From a virus, in the IMG/VR virus record IMGVR_UViG_3300045988_100160, positions 1-64,000 of that record: a DNA stretch of 64,000 bases. One strand, given 5' to 3'. Positions 24,662-33,227 of the stretch are shown piece by piece; within the stretch, counting starts at the first letter, position 1, and each line of letters starts with the position of its first letter. Under the pieces are notes generated by a model. The model was not told where the DNA came from, did not search any database, and saw only the letters and a list, made by a program, of their open reading frames with translations. The position numbers and the translations under genes are program-made.

Positions 24662-24930
24662 TAGTCCTCCGATAACGTAATCACGGTATTGGATTTCTTA
24701 TGATATTCATCGACATAATACTCATTGGTATTGCCATTAAATGTCACTTCCCAGTATGTATGGTCGTAATCATCATGTGTTGACATAACCAATGCTTTAT
24801 GGTTTCGCAATGTTTTTGAGAACCAAACAATGTTTAGAGACTCAGATACCTCATCAACTTTATTGTCTTCGACATTCATGGTAAGCAATACGGCTTCGAT
24901 ACAGTTATCAATAAATTTATTCATTACCAT
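24661..24930 (-). CDS. hypothetical protein (89 aa)
   Basis: ORF track 24661..25050 trimmed to ATG 24930 (AGGAGG upstream). TAATG coupling to the helicase gene. Confidence 0.55.
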   Translation of the reverse strand: MVMNKFIDNCIEAVLLTMNVEDNKVDEVSESLNIVWFSKTLRNHKALVMSTHDDYDHTYWEVTFNGNTNEYYVDEYHKKSNTVITLSED

Positions 24931-25816
24931 GTAACCTCCTGTGGTGTTCAATAATATTCTTCCCAAGTTCATATATAATCGGAATAGACACGGAATTACC
25001 AGCTTGTTTATACAATTGTGCGTTCGATTGTATCTTTGCACAGGTATCAAACTGTTGGTCTGTAAATCCTTGTAATCGCCAGAATTCTCTAGGGGTCAAC
25101 TTGCGTATTACATTAGGATTGCGACTTAATAATATCTTTGGTTCAATACCACCGCCCTTGACACACGTCAAAGTTGGGGATAACCCATGTGGTGAATATA
25201 TGCGACCTCGTTGTGGATTGCCAACAAAAGAAGTCGTATTGATTATGTTTCCGACTTGAACAATAGATTGTTCGCTTTGGTTTGGTCTGTATAAAATGTC
25301 TTCGGTACATCCGTTTCCAAGATGTCCGATAATGTACACCCTTTCACGGTTTTGTGGTAGTCCAAAGTCTTTTGTGTTATACACACGCCATGCGATACTG
25401 TACCCTGCTTTGTCCATTTCAGACAAAACCGAGTAAAATCCACATCCGTTGTCAATTGACAAGAGGTTTTTAACATTCTCAATAAGCAACCATTGGGGTT
25501 TATGTTTTGTTTCATGTAATAGCCTCGTAATCTGATAAAACAAACCACTTCGAGTGTTTTCCATGCCGTGTTTAAGACCAGAAATGGATACCGACTGGCA
25601 TGGAAAACCACCGCACCACAGGTCTGCATACGGCATCTCTGTACCGTTTAATGCACGAATACCTGGTGAAAACCAAAGATTATCCGTTGGGTATAACGCA
25701 CGGTATGATGCTTGTGCGTATTTGTCTTGTTCGCACCAACCAATGCACTCCATGCCAGCTTTGGTTAAGCCAGAGTGGAAACCGCCGATACCAGCGAATA
25801 AATCAATGAATTTCAT
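24917..25816 (-). CDS. DNA (cytosine-5) methyltransferase
   Basis: Motif I FAGIGGF, motif IV GGFPCQSVS, motif VI ENV (LIENVKNL), motif VIII QNRERVYI. Confidence 0.9.
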   Translation of the reverse strand: MKFIDLFAGIGGFHSGLTKAGMECIGWCEQDKYAQASYRALYPTDNLWFSPGIRALNGTEMPYADLWCGGFPCQSVSISGLKHGMENTRSGLFYQITRLLHETKHKPQWLLIENVKNLLSIDNGCGFYSVLSEMDKAGYSIAWRVYNTKDFGLPQNRERVYIIGHLGNGCTEDILYRPNQSEQSIVQVGNIINTTSFVGNPQRGRIYSPHGLSPTLTCVKGGGIEPKILLSRNPNVIRKLTPREFWRLQGFTDQQFDTCAKIQSNAQLYKQAGNSVSIPIIYELGKNIIEHHRRLHGNE

Positions 25817-25830
25817 ACAGACCTCCTGTG

Positions 25831-26046
25831 TTATATCTTTATGGTTTTTAACCTTGGTCGTATCTCATAACCAATACCACCATCAATATCTCGAATAAAC
25901 CGAACATCGACCAAGTGAGAGATATCACTCACAGGCAGTTTACGCAATTCTTCTTCGGTATAATGGGATGCCAAATGCAGCAACAATGCCATATCAAGAC
26001 TCTTGCGAACATTTGTGGCAAACGCTCGTGTAACCCATTGTAACAT
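25831..26046 (-). CDS. hypothetical protein (71 aa; start uncertain)
   Basis: The ORF-track start at 26190 would overlap the upstream gene by 128 nt. The first non-overlapping ATG is 26046, but it lacks a clear SD. Confidence 0.35.
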   Translation of the reverse strand: MLQWVTRAFATNVRKSLDMALLLHLASHYTEEELRKLPVSDISHLVDVRFIRDIDGGIGYEIRPRLKTIKI

Positions 26047-26062
26047 ATCCAAACGTGGTTCG

Positions 26063-26785
26063 TCAACGTACAAATTGTGGTTCAATGACTTTGTGGATTT
26101 CAACTTGATGTTTTGGTCTATAGACGGCACAGTATAATTCGTCTCCAACAAAGTCAAAATCTTCTGGCTCAATGTCTTTTGGGATTTCATATGTGTCCAT
26201 CTCTTTCGTAAAACGATTGTACACCAACAGGTGTGTCATATTAGTAAACACAAGTATTTGACCTTGAGATAACGCACCATTGTTATTAATATCTTCGTTG
26301 AAACAATCAAGTTGATATTCATGAGAAAACTTTGGTTTTGCATCCAAGTAATCACATGTGTACTCTTGAATTAAACGCATGTTTTTCTTGAATGGTCGAA
26401 TGGATGTGAATGTCTTATAGAATGAGTCGTAAGCCACGTTAAATACCTTGTGTGGCATCTTAATGGTTTCCTGAACTTCAAATGTCTCTGCATCGAGTAC
26501 AGTCAACAAGAACCCATCAACAGTTGCATTTGTCGTGTAGATAACATCCAAGTCGTCACGATAAGACAACGTGTTCATATGACCCAAGCGTGGCTTATCT
26601 TTAAACCGTTTTTTGTATACGACCGTACCACAATCGGTACATACACGCATAATATCTTGTGTTTGGTTGTCACTTGAAATGGTTGCGATAACGAATTTAT
26701 TACGCTTGGTGTCGTAACAGAAACCCTGACATTGGTTGACAGGTGCTTCCAATGGGATTTTGGTAATTAATTGTGTTTTTAACAT
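26063..26785 (-). CDS. hypothetical protein (240 aa)
   Basis: ORF track. 7-nt overlap with the upstream stop. Confidence 0.6.
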   Translation of the reverse strand: MLKTQLITKIPLEAPVNQCQGFCYDTKRNKFVIATISSDNQTQDIMRVCTDCGTVVYKKRFKDKPRLGHMNTLSYRDDLDVIYTTNATVDGFLLTVLDAETFEVQETIKMPHKVFNVAYDSFYKTFTSIRPFKKNMRLIQEYTCDYLDAKPKFSHEYQLDCFNEDINNNGALSQGQILVFTNMTHLLVYNRFTKEMDTYEIPKDIEPEDFDFVGDELYCAVYRPKHQVEIHKVIEPQFVR

Positions 26786-27249
26786 GGGATGTCTCCAATG
26801 TCATAAAATGTATCGTGCAAGAATAGACTCCCATCTGGTTGAATACCATAATGGTCTACTTTGAAATAACCATTGTCATATTCTCTGGAGAAACCACCTA
26901 ATTGTTCATATCTTGCGTTCAAAATCTTGTATTGCAAGAACAACTCTTGATGTTCTTGTGAGAACAACGCAATAATCTTTGGGTAGTCCGTTGGATTATC
27001 CAAGAAATCATCAAAAGAAATATCTTCGTTTAAAACAACTTGACCATATAATTTATGCAATTCATATCCATCCAACTCTTGTAACTTGGATGTCAAGAAC
27101 TGGTATTCGATGTCTTCTGCTGCTGATTTTGCAATGAGTTCTTCCCATTGTTGTTTTACTGACATCATGTCTGTAAACATATAAGATGGACTTTCGAAAT
27201 AATCCTCGTATTCACCTTGGCAATACACCAGTAAAAACATATCTGTCAT
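26779..27249 (-). CDS. hypothetical acidic protein (156 aa)
   Basis: ORF track. GGTGGTG upstream. Confidence 0.6.
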   Translation of the reverse strand: MTDMFLLVYCQGEYEDYFESPSYMFTDMMSVKQQWEELIAKSAAEDIEYQFLTSKLQELDGYELHKLYGQVVLNEDISFDDFLDNPTDYPKIIALFSQEHQELFLQYKILNARYEQLGGFSREYDNGYFKVDHYGIQPDGSLFLHDTFYDIGDIPC

Positions 27250-27253
27250 TTAA

Positions 27254-27562
27254 TCACCACCCAATCGTTTGCAAACTCATCTTGTGGCTCTGGTGTGTAA
27301 ATACCGATGTATCTGCCATTTGTGTCAACAGATAAGAAAACTTTTCTTGTGGTGTAGACAATGTTTGTTCTTTCCATACATAATCTACGAAGTGAACTTC
27401 CCAAGACTGGTCGTTAAACATCGGTGTAAATCCAAGGACACCAAACTGTTGTGTAATCGTTTGTGTTTGTGGCGGTCTAGCCAATTGTAATCTTGCGACA
27501 TATGCCATAGAATGACAAGAAGAACTATTGGTTTCAAACACGCCCTGTCTAATCAGTTTCAT
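27254..27562 (-). CDS. hypothetical protein (102 aa, N-terminus MKLIRQGVFETNSSSCHS)
   Basis: ORF track 27254..27739 trimmed to ATG 27562 (GGGGGT upstream, 14-nt overlap with the upstream gene). Confidence 0.55.
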   Translation of the reverse strand: MKLIRQGVFETNSSSCHSMAYVARLQLARPPQTQTITQQFGVLGFTPMFNDQSWEVHFVDYVWKEQTLSTPQEKFSYLLTQMADTSVFTHQSHKMSLQTIGW

Positions 27563-28466
27563 GAGATACCCCCTGTGTTTCACAGCATTGAAAATACGAA
27601 CGTAAATCCGTTTCATTGAAATGTTTAATACCGTTTCTTGTCCGACTTGATGGAGCAAAATATTGTTCAACGGCATTAATATACATAGAGTGTTCACCTT
27701 GGTAAAAGGTTTCGTACTCTTCTGTAGATATTTTACCACGGATTTCTAATTGTTGCAACCCCAAGTTATCGAATGATACAACATCGAATATTTTCGTTAA
27801 TTGCATAACATTAGATTTCCATTCGATATGACTTGGGGTGTTCAAATTGACTTTACCTGTGTTGAAGCCAAAGTCCTTTTCCCCAAGGATTAATAACTTA
27901 CGGTATTTAACCCCAAGTTCAACCACATCGTTAAAGTCGTCAATACCATTAATTACATGGATAACCGTGTGTGGATAATCTGCAATCCAATCTGGTAGCG
28001 ATAAACACCCCTGTAAGGAGCGATAAGAGATGCCAAGACCAAATATGTATGGCTTTAGTTGTAACAACCCTGTATCGCCAAATTCAGTAATATAACGCTC
28101 GTTCATAGTGATATTGACAATCAACCCAAGTTTCCATAAGTTCTTAACGAATTGGATTAAATCTGGTGTTACTTCATTGACACCCAATGCAATCTCAGTT
28201 CCTCTAGGGAGTTTTGCATCGATTAATACCTGTTGTAGAATACCATAGTGACATTCTTGTCCATTCACTAGGGCAGACTCGTGACAAAATGCACAAGTAG
28301 ATTTTTGTGTTACCGTGTTATAACCATATGGACATTGTGTAGACACACGAATATCAATATTGAGTGGTGTATCTAGTGTTAAATCCTGATGGTCTGGGTA
28401 TTCGATAATGCGTGTGCCATCTCGTAAATCCAGCCAAATATTGGCATTTCCGTTTGTATATTTCAT
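27549..28466 (-). CDS. putative Fe-S / radical-SAM-like enzyme with a non-canonical Cys triad (C-x14-C-x2-C)
   Basis: DIRVSTQCPYGYNTVTQKSTCAFCHE sits where radical-SAM proteins carry CxxxCxxC. Start trimmed to ATG 28466 (AGGAGA upstream). I saw no GGE-type SAM motif. Confidence 0.3.
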   Translation of the reverse strand: MKYTNGNANIWLDLRDGTRIIEYPDHQDLTLDTPLNIDIRVSTQCPYGYNTVTQKSTCAFCHESALVNGQECHYGILQQVLIDAKLPRGTEIALGVNEVTPDLIQFVKNLWKLGLIVNITMNERYITEFGDTGLLQLKPYIFGLGISYRSLQGCLSLPDWIADYPHTVIHVINGIDDFNDVVELGVKYRKLLILGEKDFGFNTGKVNLNTPSHIEWKSNVMQLTKIFDVVSFDNLGLQQLEIRGKISTEEYETFYQGEHSMYINAVEQYFAPSSRTRNGIKHFNETDLRSYFQCCETQGVSHETD

Positions 28467-28486
28467 GATTTTTCTCCTGTAATAAA

Positions 28487-28741
28487 TCAACCAATGTACT
28501 TATCGTTAATCTCAAGTAGACTGTGTGGTATAACCTGTAAGTCGTAATCCTTGTATTTAACCAACACCATAGCAACCAAGGCCGTCACCATTCGGCATAC
28601 ACTTAAAATGCCAAAGATGCCAATCGTCAATGCAATGAGCGTTGGTTGTTGCATATTTAACACCAACAGTAAAATCACATATAGTGTCCAATACAGAACA
28701 CGAAAGGTAAATACTGGATGTTGTTCAATTAGTTTTTTCAT
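28487..28741 (-). CDS. small membrane protein (84 aa)
   Basis: ORF track. AGGAGA upstream. Two long hydrophobic segments. Confidence 0.55.
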   Translation of the reverse strand: MKKLIEQHPVFTFRVLYWTLYVILLLVLNMQQPTLIALTIGIFGILSVCRMVTALVAMVLVKYKDYDLQVIPHSLLEINDKYIG

Positions 28742-29462
28742 GTTTTATCTCCTGTTGTAATAAAAAATCGCCCCATTGTTTAGCCATCGCATCTGCCATG
28801 CCCTTGAAAGTCTTAGAGCGTAACCGTCTACGTTCTTCGGCAGATTTTGTTTCGGTCAATGCATCTGAAATCCATTTTTGCATACGCTTGCCACTTTTAA
28901 AAGTAAGCGTCTCACCCTCGTCTACGACATTCGTAGATTCTAACAGCGGTAAACCCTTGAGCCATAAACATGTTGTTTACCGTGCTTGGTCGCCAAACAT
29001 AAATGGTTGAACGATTTGGTCTGGCTTGCGGTATCTCGTTGACATAACACCAACAGGGTTTTCTACCGCAATATAATCAATGTTTGTATTCATAAGTGCC
29101 ATAAAGAAGTTTGCACCATCTTCTTGGTCTTGCTTACGATTTGGAAACTTTGGATGTGGTCTGCGGTCTTTAATCGGAAGATGTTTGTCCTTAGGATGAT
29201 AATACCATTTTGCACCACTAGATGTCAAGTATGTGCATGGCGGATGTGCAATCATGAGGTGCCATTTATCGACAAACACAAGATTACCGCTTTGGGTAAC
29301 ACCGCCTTTACGCTTGATTACTTGTAGTGCATCATCTTGGATATGCCACTCTGGATGTCCACCAGAGCATTCAACCAAGTCACAGCTATAGGCGTTAAAC
29401 CCAAGTTTTCTAAAGGCTGCACAAACGGTTTGAGACTCTTCGCATGCAATTAATACATTCAT
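28725..29462 (-). pseudogene. C5-methyltransferase-like gene interrupted by one in-frame TAA (28979..28977)
   Basis: The 161-aa ORF (MNVLIACEESQ...HPPCTYL...AVENP...FGDQAR) stops at TAA. The same frame then runs 83 more sense codons before TGA at 28725: TTCLWLKGLPLL...RSKTFKGMADAMAKQWGDF. Confidence 0.6.
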
Positions 29463-29632
29463 TAGAACTCAACCTCCTGCACCCATTGCTCCAAATAATC
29501 AAAACCTGTTCCATCTAGCACTTCTAATGAAAAGTACTTTTTACCATCTTTCACAATGGCTTTATTTTCGCAATAAGCGGTAATATCGTTTGAACCGAAT
29601 AAATCTTCATAAGATACAACTTTCATTTTCAT
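29462..29632 (-). CDS. 56-aa hypothetical protein
   Basis: Found by hand. ATGA overlap with the primase stop and TAATG overlap with the next start. AGGAGG upstream. Confidence 0.5.
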   Translation of the reverse strand: MKMKVVSYEDLFGSNDITAYCENKAIVKDGKKYFSLEVLDGTGFDYLEQWVQEVEF

Positions 29633-30549
29633 AATTCAACCTCCTGTTTCGGATATTTAACAACACGCACGTTTAACTCTGGTGCGTACTTATTGATGTC
29701 TTCTCGTGTCTTTAATAATGCCTTTCGACCTGTCGCATCACACTCTGGATTATCAACAGCCAATGCGAATGTGATATCTCCATTATATCGCTTTTGCAAC
29801 TCCCAGAGTAAACCGATTTGGTCTTTAGTTAAGCGACCACCAAGATACCCAACACATGGTACACCTTGTTGATGTGCTGACATAACATCGAGATAACCCT
29901 CGGCAACATGCAGTACACCGTTTGGTTTTAACATCTTAATAGCACGATGATAATTAAACAATAGTTGTCGTTTAATGAACACATCGTCTTCTCTTGTGTT
30001 TTTGTACTTAGGTTCATTGGTCTCCTCTAGTCGTCTCTTGGAAAATCCAACGATACGACCATAGGCATCTTGAATTGGAATGACAATCCCTGAAGATTGC
30101 ACTCCCAAGAAACCACCAGCATCATAGCCAATCAAGAACTCGTCTAGGATTGCATCATTGATACCACGCTTGATATTCATGTATTCACGAACGGCATCAA
30201 CAGCTTTGTGATACTTCATGGCAACCTTAGTGTTTTGACCTACGATGCTTTTCTGCTTTTGGTATGTTGGGTCATCTGTTGATACCTCGTACTTTTCTGC
30301 CAAGGCTTCTACCGCTTGATAGAACGGAAGACCCTCTACTTCTGCATAGAAACCGATGGCATCACCAGATGAACCACATCGGTGACAATAGTATCGGTCA
30401 CCCAAGATACAGAACTCTGTTGGGTTATCCCCATGACAAATAGGACATGTTCCTCGTGGCACTTTACCGCCGTTTCGTGATAACGTGGTGTATTCTTCCA
30501 CGAGTTCTTGTATATCTATCTTATATCGTAGTGTTGAGATTGTGTTCAT
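29629..30549 (-). CDS. DNA primase (DnaG-like: CHC2 zinc finger plus TOPRIM)
   Basis: Zinc finger CPICHGDNPTEF...CHRCGSSGD. TOPRIM motif HVAEGYLDVMS and a later DNPECDATG. Confidence 0.8.
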   Translation of the reverse strand: MNTISTLRYKIDIQELVEEYTTLSRNGGKVPRGTCPICHGDNPTEFCILGDRYYCHRCGSSGDAIGFYAEVEGLPFYQAVEALAEKYEVSTDDPTYQKQKSIVGQNTKVAMKYHKAVDAVREYMNIKRGINDAILDEFLIGYDAGGFLGVQSSGIVIPIQDAYGRIVGFSKRRLEETNEPKYKNTREDDVFIKRQLLFNYHRAIKMLKPNGVLHVAEGYLDVMSAHQQGVPCVGYLGGRLTKDQIGLLWELQKRYNGDITFALAVDNPECDATGRKALLKTREDINKYAPELNVRVVKYPKQEVEL

Positions 30550-31159
30550 ACCAATTATATTCCTCCTGTAGTTTTTTAATCAAAGTATTCATCTCATAAT
30601 CTATTGTATCATCAAAACAACACTTTAGCAAGTATAATGTGTTAACTAGTTCTCTCACAGGGACAGGCTTGTTGTCTCTGACTTCTATAAGCGGTAGATA
30701 CTCACTAATCGGCTCAACGTGTGTAATGAATTTTGGGCTAACCGAACAGTTGCGAACAACTCGTTCACGGTCAACTAGATATAACTCCTCAAATGGACTA
30801 TATGGATTTTCCACATGCTCCAACACACTCAATAGTTGTTGATACGATGTTTCAATACTACGGACAATCTCCTCAGCATTATCAAAAGAACCTTTGATGG
30901 TTGCTCTGCGTTTATTGATAAATTGAGACACAGGCATTTGTTTATGTGTCATAGCAGACTTTTCACTAAGATAACAAAAGTCTTTATGTCTAAGAGATGT
31001 CAAGTATTCTCCATTAGATAGAATCAATAAACCGTCATCTGTTGGTTGTATTGTTTGATACCCATGTTCATAAATTAGCTCCATCAACTTTATTAGATTC
31101 TTTCGTATATCCAGTGAGTACAATAAATGAAAGTATCTTAAATTGTCTTCAATCTTCAT
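30521..31159 (-). CDS. hypothetical protein (212 aa), replication-module position
   Basis: ORF track. GGGGGT upstream. Confidence 0.6.
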   Translation of the reverse strand: MKIEDNLRYFHLLYSLDIRKNLIKLMELIYEHGYQTIQPTDDGLLILSNGEYLTSLRHKDFCYLSEKSAMTHKQMPVSQFINKRRATIKGSFDNAEEIVRSIETSYQQLLSVLEHVENPYSPFEELYLVDRERVVRNCSVSPKFITHVEPISEYLPLIEVRDNKPVPVRELVNTLYLLKCCFDDTIDYEMNTLIKKLQEEYNWYEHNLNTTI

Positions 31160-31160
31160 G

Positions 31161-31601
31161 TTACCCCCAATAATTTAAATCTGACATTTCCCATATCTCA
31201 AGCTCTGTCTCTGGATGTGGCTTGCGAATAATAAATATAAACGTCTCGTTCTTCATGTAGTCAAAGATAAACAAATATGAACGCTTATCTCTTTGATATG
31301 AGCCAAAGCCAATATGTTCGATATTCCAATTTCGTGCAAAAGGTCTTATTTCTTCTTCAAACACAATCCTGAGTGCATTGCCGACCAACTGATAATCAAA
31401 TGGCTTGTGAGTATCTGCAATAGATTCTAATTTGAGAAATACTTCTTCTTTATTTGCTGTTTTTAGCTTGGCTAAATATTTATGGCTATTGAGTCTAGTG
31501 AAGAATGTATTCACATTTATATCTTCAATTTTTCTCTTTGGCGTTGGTTTCTTCTTGTTAACAACCAAGAACCCTAGTTGGTTAACTCTACGCATTGTCA
31601 T
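31161..31601 (-). CDS. hypothetical protein (146 aa)
   Basis: ORF track. The start overlaps the upstream stop. Confidence 0.55.
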   Translation of the reverse strand: MTMRRVNQLGFLVVNKKKPTPKRKIEDINVNTFFTRLNSHKYLAKLKTANKEEVFLKLESIADTHKPFDYQLVGNALRIVFEEEIRPFARNWNIEHIGFGSYQRDKRSYLFIFDYMKNETFIFIIRKPHPETELEIWEMSDLNYWG

Positions 31602-31926
31602 CTAACCATTTCTTAATGTCAAACTGTTTACGTTCTCTAACGGTTGTGTTTGTATTAGCTTTTGCGAATTGAACTGCATTTAACTCGTTTGCCTGAATAA
31701 ATAGGTCGGTTAAAGACATCTCTTTATATTCCAACGAGTTCATGTATTTATGTAACTTCAACATAGAGTTTTCGTCAACCTGCATAAAGAATGAGCGAAC
31801 TTTAAAGAACTCAGATGTTGGTTTGTTATTTTTGAACGCACCATTTTTGGTACACTTTTTAAAGTATTGCATGGCGAGTGTCCATGCTTTTTTCTTTGGT
31901 TCTTGTTTTTCAAAGTCGGTTGCCAT
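31588..31926 (-). CDS. hypothetical basic protein (112 aa)
   Basis: ORF track. AGGAGG upstream. First gene after the promoter at 31977..32005. Confidence 0.6.
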   Translation of the reverse strand: MATDFEKQEPKKKAWTLAMQYFKKCTKNGAFKNNKPTSEFFKVRSFFMQVDENSMLKLHKYMNSLEYKEMSLTDLFIQANELNAVQFAKANTNTTVRERKQFDIKKWLDDNA

Positions 31927-31976
31927 GATGTTCCTCCTGTCTGATAAATAGTTTGTTTCTGACTTGTTGTACCATC

Positions 31977-32005
31977 ATTATAGCATACCTGTATTACCAA
32001 GTCAA
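31977..32005 (-). promoter_or_regulatory. sigma-70 promoter TTGACT-17-TATAAT
   Basis: rc of 32000..32005 is TTGACT and rc of 31977..31982 is TATAAT. Confidence 0.65.
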
Positions 32006-32119
32006 GGAAGTTTTTATCTGACTAAGAAAAATACAATCGGCTTGCCGATTATTGCGAAGCAATTCATATGGTTTGTCGTGTATCTTATGTTATTCGAACG
32101 TAGTGAGAATACATAAGAT

Positions 32120-32360
32120 ACCAAACAAGTATTCCACTACTGTATGAAAACCTTAAGTAGAAAAACAGAGAGTGAAAACATATGTATGGGGAACAACAGT
32201 TTTAAGACCAAAGTATTAATAACCAAGGTATGAACAACCAATGTATTCCATACCAACGTTTTAATCCAAAGGTATTCATACACAAGTATACTTAGGTATT
32301 AATACACAGGTATATTCTTATGTATTAATACTAAGGTTTGATAGGGTATCACAAAAGTCT
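32120..32360. repeat. array of about 10 degenerate 10-11-mers (GGTATTnATA / AGTATTAATA) at 13-16-bp spacing; iteron-like
   Basis: Example stretch: aaAGTATTAATAacc aaGGTATGAACAacc aaTGTATTCCATAcc aaGGTATTCATAcac GGTATTAATAcac GGTATATTCTTATGTATTAATAc. No ORF in this region. Confidence 0.55.
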
Positions 32361-32429
32361 AAATTTGTCAAGGATAAATATCACAATTTTACACAAAATT
32401 TTAGACATAAGAATTACATTGTTTGAACG

Positions 32430-32460
32430 CCAAAATACCCAAGCCGTATTTGACTTGGGT
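32430..32460 (-). terminator. rho-independent terminator after ssb
   Basis: ACCCAAG/CTTGGGT stem (32437..32443 and 32454..32460), then ATTTTGG on the minus strand. Confidence 0.6.
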
Positions 32461-32496
32461 TGATTTTGGTTCTCAATATTTGATTGTTAATCTTTG

Positions 32497-33102
32497 TTAG
32501 AATGGGATGGAGTCATCCTCGGAGCCACCAAAAGTGTCTCCCATAGCAGAACCACCAAAGGATTGAACACTATCGGATGCAGAACCACCGAACGCACCGC
32601 CAGAGCCACCTGTGATTAAGTCGATGATTTGAATACCCTTGAGTTTGAGTGAAACACCGTACATTGTTGGTGTTTCATACGGTCTTGCACCCAACCATAA
32701 TGCAACTTTAGAGCCTTTCCAAATTTGTGTTTTGGTGTCCATTGGTTTTTTGTTGCCATCAACTAATTGGATGATGTTCTCATGAACTGTACCGTTTTTG
32801 TCAGTAAACTCAGTCTTAGTAGTCGCCTTTAATTGCCATCCGTACTGTTTAGATTTAGTTAATGGGAACTTAGGTCTATCAACCTCTTTTTCTTCGTCTA
32901 CACGAGAGTTATGGGTTTCGGATTGCTCCCAGATGCCCATCAACTGTTGTTGTAACGCTTTGGCATCTGCATCATCCAGTTTAATGGTAATGGTATATTT
33001 GTTTTGACCCATGTAGTCGTCAACGACACCATTAATCTTACAGAATACAGACTCACCAACAGGAGTCACAACATCCACGATTTTTTCGTTTACTTTTGCC
33101 AT
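32497..33102 (-). CDS. ssb: single-stranded DNA-binding protein
   Basis: OB-fold-sized N-terminal part, Gly-rich linker and the canonical acidic tail DDSIPF. Start moved to ATG 33102 because the promoter overlaps the longer TTG ORF. Confidence 0.8.
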   Translation of the reverse strand: MAKVNEKIVDVVTPVGESVFCKINGVVDDYMGQNKYTITIKLDDADAKALQQQLMGIWEQSETHNSRVDEEKEVDRPKFPLTKSKQYGWQLKATTKTEFTDKNGTVHENIIQLVDGNKKPMDTKTQIWKGSKVALWLGARPYETPTMYGVSLKLKGIQIIDLITGGSGGAFGGSASDSVQSFGGSAMGDTFGGSEDDSIPF

Positions 33103-33156
33103 ATGCTTTTGTTCCTTTCCGTTCGGAAAATACTTTTGAAGTTCAATCAACTTCAC

Positions 33157-33185
33157 TTGCAATTATACACCACTTGTGATATAAT
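33157..33185 (+). promoter_or_regulatory. sigma-70 promoter TTGCAA-17-TATAAT (TG-extended) for the polymerase gene
   Basis: TTGCAA at 33157..33162 and TATAAT at 33180..33185, preceded by TGa. Confidence 0.65.
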
Positions 33186-33190
33186 GTCAA
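33162..33190 (-). promoter_or_regulatory. consensus sigma-70 promoter TTGACA-17-TATAAT for ssb, overlapping the plus-strand promoter
   Basis: rc of 33185..33190 is TTGACA and rc of 33162..33167 is TATAAT. Confidence 0.7.
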
Positions 33191-33227
33191 TAACGAATAA
33201 AAATGTTTTCAAACAGGAGGTAAAAAT

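Noticed and set aside
25243-25629. 128-aa alternative-frame ORF inside the C5-methyltransferase gene
   Set aside because: The main frame carries all canonical MTase motifs. The alternative frame has no RBS.
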